This document shows, piece by piece, positions 56,706-64,000 of a stretch of DNA of 64,000 nt. The stretch is from Eledone cirrhosa (Eukaryota), in NCBI GenBank assembly GCA_964016885.1, contig OZ024740.1, positions 350,672,001 to 350,736,000 on the forward strand, given 5' to 3'. The position numbers and the translations under genes were made by a program. Under the pieces are notes generated by a model. It was not told where the DNA came from, made no database searches, and was given only the letters and a program-made list of their open reading frames with translations. Numbering within the stretch: the stretch's first letter is position 1; every line of letters starts with the position of its first letter.

Positions 56706-57007
56706 TAAAAATATAACACAGGAATATAACAGATAAAATCCATGGGGCTGAATATCAGAGACAAGGGGACGACCGACTATTTAGCAGCTTCTCCCTCAAG
56801 TGTTGATTATTAAGTCTAGTTATGACCATCTGGCGAGGGGCCGTAAGCATATAATGTGCTACTACTTTCTTGTCAAAGAGAAATGTCAGCGTTGAGGACA
56901 TGCCACAATCAGGCCGATCATGTGTGCTAGAAATTGCCGCGAAAAATGCTTTTTCCAGGTTGACCATACGGAATGACTAGTTCTACCCAGTGGTGAACCA
57001 ACAAACC

Positions 57008-57061
<54 letters not shown>

Positions 57062-57067
<6 letters not shown>

Positions 57068-59750
57068 CGGCCGCCCCATCGTCTCCGCTTGCAACTGCCC
57101 CACCGAACTCATCTCCGCCTTTCTCGACGCCCTCCTCGCCCCCCTTGTCACCACCTTCCCCTCCACATCTCCGACACCAACCACGCCCTGCGCCTTTTCG
57201 ACTCCTTCACCTACCCACGCGGCCCACAGCCCTTCCTCTTCACCCTAGACATCAAGTCCCTCTATACAGTCATCCCCCACGCCGACGGCCTTCGCGCCCT
57301 CAAACACTACCTCGACCTTCGCCCCTCACCCATTCCCTCCACCCCCACCCTCCTTCGCCTCGCCGAGCTGGTCCTCACCCTGAATTGTTTCTCCTTCTCG
57401 GGTGAGTTTTACCAACAGGTCACGGGGGTAGCCATGGGTACAAGAATGGGCCCGAACTATGCCAACCTTTTTGTTGGCCATGTTGAGGCCCAAATCTTTG
57501 CCCAGTACACCGGCCCCACGCCCGAACTGTACGGTCGTTACATTGACGATTGTATCGGAGCCACGACCCTCACCCGAGAACAGCTCGACTCCTCTCTCTC
57601 CTTCTTCTGCTCCTTCCACCCCTCCCTCCACTTCACCACCTCTATCTCCACCACCCACGTCCACTTCTTAGACATCTCCGTCGCCTTCGACCCCTCCCAC
57701 CACTCCCACCACTCCCTCGTCACCTCCGCCTTCTTCAAACCCACCGACTCCCACTCTTACCTCGACTTCACCTCTTCCCACCCCACCCACACTAAACACT
57801 CCATTCCCTACTCCCAACTTCTCAGGATCCGCCGCCTCTGTAGCCGTGATGCTGACTTTGAGTCCCAGGCCCTTTCCCTAGTCAGCCATTTCATCCGCAG
57901 AGGTTACCCCCCTCTCTCGTCCACACCGCTCTCACCCGCGCCCGTGCTGTCCCCCGCTCCACCACCCTCACCCCACGCCACCGCACACCCACCCACCGTC
58001 TCCCCTTCCCCATCACCTACCACCCCTCCACCTTACCCCTCCACCGCACCATCCGCCGCCTCTTCCGACGCCTCCAGTCCGACCCCTCCACCTCCCACAT
58101 CTTCCCAACCCCACCACTCCCCTCCTTCAAACGCGCACGCAATCTCCGCACCTTCCTCGTCCACAGCTCCCTACCCCCCAACCCACGCTCTGTTTACCCC
58201 CCCCCGGTTCCTTTCCCTGTTCTAGGCCCCGCTGCAACACCTGTCCCCACATCACCAACACCACCACCTTCCAGGGTCACAACGGCCACTCTCTCTCTGT
58301 CCGGCATGCCTTCCGCTGCACCTCCTCCAACTTATGTCGGACAGACGGGACGTCGCCTGGCGGACCGAGTCACGGAGCACCTCCGGGATATTCGTCTCGG
58401 GGGCAGTTCCCCCATCGCCCGCCACTTTGGTGGCCCTGGACATTCCGCACGCCATCTCACAGTCTGTGGCCTACTCCAGTGCCACGGAACCCCCGCCAAT
58501 CGCCTTACGGTCGAACAACGAACTATCTTCATCTTACAGACCCACACTCCCCCCGGCCTGAACTCCCCACCCTTATTCCTTTAGCCTTCGACCGCCCCCC
58601 TCCCCCCACACTTATCTCCCACTAACACCACTAACACACCCCTCCTTTTCACCGCCCACCACACAACTAACAATACTAACACCTCCACTCCACCCCTCAT
58701 CTGACCACCCTTCCCCAACTAACATACTAACATCCCTTCCCTCCCCTCTTCCCCCCTCCTTATCACACGCACACACCCACCGGCACATATATACACGCGC
58801 TCACACTAAACACACACCCTACTACTACCACTAACCCTCACCCCCACACCTCTCACCTCCACACCTCCATCCCACCACCCCGCAACTAACCTCACTAACA
58901 CCCCCTAACCCCAAGCACACGAACACACGCACCCACTTACACCACCCACCCCACACGCAACTAACATCACTAACACCCCCCAACCCAACGCACACGTACC
59001 CACACACCCTCGTACACCACCAACTCTACACACCCTACCACCACTAACCCCCACTCACACCTGCATTCAACCCCTCCCCACCTCCCGTATACTAACACCC
59101 ACTAACACCTCTTCATCAAACTACACACACACCAGTACTCCACACTCCCTCCATAGAACCACGCACACCCTTCTCTCCCCCCTCCACCCACACCCTCGCT
59201 CCACACTCACTCATCCCACTAACACCCCTACTAATACACACACACACACCCTCCTCACTCCAAATTTCACACCTACCCATCCTCGCCCCTTTACCATTCC
59301 ACCGACTGCTGCTATGCCCTCTGACCACCTCCCAGCACAAACAGACCACAGCACTCCCACTGCTGACCACTTCCTGTTGCGCGCGCACCCCACATCTCTC
59401 CTCTTCCGACCATCGCTTCATGGAATACCCACACGCAGAAATTGACCAACAACCAATCCACTAAACATCTTCGGAATTTACCAACTTTTCAACCATACTC
59501 TTACGTAATCACCTATATAACTCACCCACACACACACCCCAAAAATTTTTTTTCTCCACACGCCACCTACACCCACAACACGCTTAAACCCCACACACAC
59601 GTGCTTTCCACCACATATCTACACCCTCAGCCTCCTGATTCCTCTCTCCCCACCCCTCTATCCACACACGCACAGACACTCCGACCCCCCCTCACACACA
59701 CCTCTTCCTGAACATGCAACCCTGTTCTTCCCCAACCCTTACTTTCTCAT

Positions 59751-59782
<32 letters not shown>

Positions 59783-60206
59783 CTACACACACACACCACC
59801 TTCAGCCCTCCCCGCTCGGACACCCCGTCTCCCTCTCCCCACTCCACCGCCACCACCCCTACACACCCCACACCCTTGCACCACCTGTTTAACCCCCTTT
59901 TAATTTCAGTTTATTTTGATCATGCCTTTATTTTAAAATTTATCTCATTCCTTGTATTTTGATCATGCTTTATTTTTATTTTTATCTTTATTTTTTATTT
60001 TTTCATTCGCACCGTTTCCTTTCGCTATATGTCTCTCCACCACTCCCCTACACACCCTTTGAACTCTGTTCCCACACACTTCCCACCCGAGGAAGGGCTT
60101 ATGCCCGAAACGTCGTCCCCCACCAACACCCCACTCTCCAGAGCGTGAAATTAATAAACAATTGTTGTACTGCCTCTCTGTTTTGTCCCTGTTCAAATTT
60201 TTCCAT
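57062..60206 (+). mobile_element. Penelope-like element (Neptune-like), 5'-truncated, with long C/A-rich 3' region and pLTR
   Basis: GRPIVSAC, TLDIKSLYTVIP, GVAMGT, RYIDD, FLDI, CSRPRCNTC, YVGQTGR; HHR-like CCGAGGA-A-GGGC-ttat-GCCC-GAAACGTCG at 60087-60117; AATAAA; (TA)n flanks. Confidence 0.9.
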
Positions 60207-60220
60207 TATATATATATATT

Positions 60221-60254
<34 letters not shown>

Positions 60255-60257
<3 letters not shown>

Positions 60258-60792
60258 ACAGACGTACAGTAGTATGTATATATATACATACATGCACACA
60301 TATATATATATACGTATGGGTTTACTGCACATTTATTATAATGTTCGGTTTGTTTGTAAACAAACAGCCCGAATTACGCCGTACAGTACTCGGTAACCAT
60401 CGTCGCCCTTTTGTTCAACACTGACAAAGGAACAATGTACTAGTTTCAAGCTTATTAGCTATCGTCAGCATCGTATACCTTTCTGTCAGATGATTGAACG
60501 TTTGAAAGTATATACTTTCCTTATGCATATTAACGGCTGAGCAACCTAATTTGCATATCGAGTGAGTTAGTCGGCCGGGCGTACCGAAAACGATAAATGG
60601 AAAAGAATGAAGCGAAAATTCATTTCTCACTCTTAGTACGGCTGATACCTAAATATAAGTATGTATACGTACATACATATATGTGTACAGACGTACAGTA
60701 GTATGTATATATATACATACATGCACACATATATATATATATATGTACGTATGGGTTTACCGAACATTTATTATAATGTTCGGTTTGTTTGT
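60255..60792 (-). mobile_element. Non-coding 429-nt-unit partial tandem (retrozyme-like) with canonical type I HHR
   Basis: ~100-nt direct repeats starting 60257 and 60686. Confidence 0.7.
60433..60473 (-). ncRNA. Minimal type I hammerhead ribozyme
   Basis: CGATG-CTGACGA-T-AGCT-aata-AGCT-T-GAAA-CTAG-TA-CATTG. Confidence 0.8.
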
Positions 60793-61197
60793 ATATATGC
60801 GAGTGTGTGGGAGTGAGGGCTTTTTAAGTGTGCTTGTAGACACCTGACCAAAGGCATTGTTAGCTTAAATGAACCTTAAAAATCAGGATTGGCACCCCCA
60901 GGGTGAACCTGTCTATAAAATTCTTTCTGCCTTTGTTATTCTAAATATAGTTTTTAAACCCTTTTCTGTAAACCCATCCCAATCACCACACTCTCCTACC
61001 ACTAGAAAAGATATAAATACCACCACATTACTTGTACAGTCGGCTTCCTGATGATTTCTCCCGAATGAAACAGTTCTAGTCCTGTAGACTAAATATATTA
61101 AATATTTATACTCTGCTTTGTATTGAGTACCTTACTTACTGTGGTTACCCCCGACTGAACCCGGGATAATCTTATATATATATATATATATATATAT

Positions 61198-61853
61198 GAA
61201 AAAATGGGGAGAAGAATACTGCTGGTTGCACATGGATAACATGTAATAAAATAAGTCCCTCATCAGTGATTTGCCGACGATCATAGATATTTCATTGCAT
61301 TAAAAATCATATACCTCACGTCGGTGCAATAATAACTAAATTAAGTTATTAGGACAATTAAAACGCGTAAAGCGAGTGAAACAAGATAACAACAAAGAGG
61401 ATAGCTAACCGTAGAAGGAAGGGAACAAGCTTCATAGTTATTCTGTTAGCATAAGCTAGGTGAATATATGAGCGCTTAGAAAAAAGACCTTTCAGGAGCG
61501 AATTCAAATGTGAGAAAGAGAGAAAATGATTTCGTCGCGAACGGGGTGAAGTGAGAAGAGGAGAAACAGTGAGTGAGTGGGTGGAAGTGTGAGGAAGAGT
61601 TAACTGACATGACAGAGGGGGCGAAAGAAAGTAGGAGAAACAGAGAGAGCGAGGGAGCAGTAAGAGAGAGAGAGAGATAGAGAAAAAAAACAGAATCGCA
61701 GTAGGTAAATATATGTGAAAAAATGGGGAGAAGAATACTGCTGGTTGCACATGGATAACATGTAATAAAATAAGTCCCTCATCAGTGATTTGCCGACGAT
61801 CATAGATATTTCATTGCATTAAAAATCATATACCTCACGTCGGTGCAATAATA
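61198..61853 (-). mobile_element. Retrozyme-like repeat subfamily 2; 519-nt unit with ~137-nt identical direct repeats
   Basis: 61198-61334 recurs at 61717-61853; (TA)n on both sides. Confidence 0.88.
61255..61355 (-). ncRNA. Rearranged kink-turn hammerhead-like ribozyme, subfamily 2 (partial second copy 61774-61853)
   Basis: GTCC-TAATAACT/AGTTATTA-TTGCA-CCGACG-T-GA-GGTA-TA^TGATTT-ttaa-TGCAA-T-GAAA-TATC-TAT-GA-T-CGTCGG-c-AAATCA-CTGATGA-G-GGAC. Confidence 0.78.
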
Positions 61854-62501
61854 TATATATATATATTAGCACAGCATTAACGAAGCTTTTGGTTGCGGCC
61901 AAGCTACCGAATGCAGATTCGGAATGCAACTTAGCACTCGATGGAGAATAATACCCCAGAGTTATAACAATACGTTTAGACAGCTTTGCAAATCAAATAT
62001 AGCGACCGACAGTCTAGCCGCATTGCCATAGCAACGAAAAAAACTGAACTCAGGAAAAGATTTTGACTGACCTGGACCATAACGTGGACATCGAATGCAA
62101 CACATAACGCATAACGTATAGCATACAATATACATGACATATAACATGCAACATCCACGCTGGGTTTCTGTAAATCCGAGATATATATATACATGTGTGT
62201 GTGCGTCTGTGTGTGCGTCTATCCATTCATATACGAAAAAAAATGGAGCTGATATTTACATCTCACAAATCACACCAGACATTGTAATTTTTGTAGAATC
62301 TCCAGTCTAAGGAGCATGTCGATAATGGAGTTGGGTCCAGAACTTCTATGGGTCGCCCTCAGCCAATCCTCTCAGAAACGCGCGTAACAAGTCGATACAA
62401 TAAATAACTGAATACATGTAAACGAAACTTAATATATACACTCTGCCTCTTCATCGAGTGTTCGTTTCGGTGTCACTACCAGTAATTCACTGAATAATAT
62501 A

Positions 62502-62584
<83 letters not shown>

Positions 62585-62588
<4 letters not shown>

Positions 62589-62909
62589 AACAATACTGAC
62601 ATAAGGGAAATATAAATAAATAAATAAAATAAAAATGGCGTAGACATTACAATACAATACAATACAATAGGAGGGAACATAATAATAGTACCACTGATGA
62701 TGTTGCAGATGTGCAACGAAAGAACTTTGATAGACTGTATATATATATATATATTCATATCTGTATTTTTAACCGTTGGTCAATCAATGATAAACGTTGA
62801 TTGCCAAATAAATTCACTATGGAGATAAGCGAAAACCAACCAAACAGTGAGTGTGTTATGTTATTATTTCTGGCAATATTATTACAACAATATGACCCTC
62901 CTCAAGTAT

Positions 62910-62915
<6 letters not shown>
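62585..62915 (+). mobile_element. Solo 3' end/pLTR of the 21186-22650 PLE family with HHR at 62689-62732
   Basis: CTGATGA-T-GTTGCA-gatg-TGCAAC-GAAA; homology to 21186-21470 (-). Confidence 0.75.
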
Positions 62916-62957
<42 letters not shown>

Positions 62958-63519
62958 TGGAGAATAGGATTGGCTGTGTAGTTGCTAGTAAGGTAGCTTA
63001 AAATGGATTGAGAATAAGAAGAAAGCAAGAACGGGGGGTGGGGGGTCCTCATCAGTTGTCTACTGGGGGTCTCGGATATTTCCACGCTTTAAAGACAAGA
63101 TATCTACCACCCAGAGCGTTCAATAACTGGGTAAGTTATTGGAAAAACGGTGGAGGGAGGAGGGGAAAATAGAAGGGAAAAGGGAAGAAAAGAGAAAACA
63201 GCCAAAAAAACAACAAACTGAGCAAACCTTAAGGTAAGAAAATCTTTCGCCCACACGCTCTTGAACTTAAGTTCTGTTATCGGTATATATATATATATAT
63301 ATATATATAGGAAAAAGTATGACCCCGAAGGCAGAGCTCTGAACTAAATTAGAATTTTTAGCCTGGCTAAAAATTCTAATTTAGTCCAGAAATAGCCATC
63401 GAAACGGCTTGAGCTCTGCCACCGGGGTCATACTTTTTCCTATTTCCCACTCTACTACCCTAAGTATTGAGTATTTTGGTGCGTTATGATCCATCTGGTT
63501 CCTTACCAAAATTCCTTTG

Positions 63520-63557
<38 letters not shown>

Positions 63558-64000
63558 GTGGGGTGAAATGTAGATGACTATGATTATAATCGGTGATTAT
63601 AAATAACACTTGAAAAAATCGGGCGAAATATCCTTTGAGACGCAAAATGTGGACAGTTTCCTGCAAGGAATAGAACCCCGCATCTCTGGACTGCCGTACT
63701 ATTGTGTTATCCATCACGTTAAAGAATCTCTGATCATTGATGGTAGCATGAAATGTAAACATCCTGGGTATTTTGTTTTTCAAACATTATTTATAGTGAC
63801 CGACTAATATTATAATCACTTGTATTGGGACGCCTGTATTTCAAATTTCTCTAATTCTCTAAAGACAAAATGGGAATGGATATATTCTTAAGATTAGTCT
63901 GGCAGCCTTTGAATGTCACAAACAGCACTTGCTAAACAACAGTAGCAAAACTAAATATATCATCCATGTGCTAAACATTTAAAAGATCGTGAGCATGTGA

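Overview
AT-rich, microsatellite-dense animal DNA; the SINE family suggests an octopod cephalopod (inference). One host-type gene is present: an intronless, intact MAK16 ORF (25741-26835). Most of the rest is mobile DNA. This includes three copies of a Tx1/L1-clade LINE, all sitting in (ATT)n, and two R4/Dong-like fragments in the same (AAT)n tracts. There are three Penelope-like elements (PLEs), many solo pLTRs with minimal type I hammerhead ribozymes (HHR) and perfect fold-back palindromes, plus Helitron derivatives, RTE/CR1 relics and about 14 tRNA-derived SINEs. The main finding is a non-coding, retrozyme-like repeat family (636-nt and 519-nt units, four loci). It carries a ~102-nt RNA with the full HHR core (CUGAUGA, GAAA, AUA cleavage triplet) in a non-circularly permuted order. 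Stem III contains a canonical kink-turn and stem II a four-way junction, and the fold is supported by compensatory changes between two diverged subfamilies. One copy begins almost exactly at the predicted cleavage site. All structures were derived by eye and are untested; repeat boundaries are approximate.
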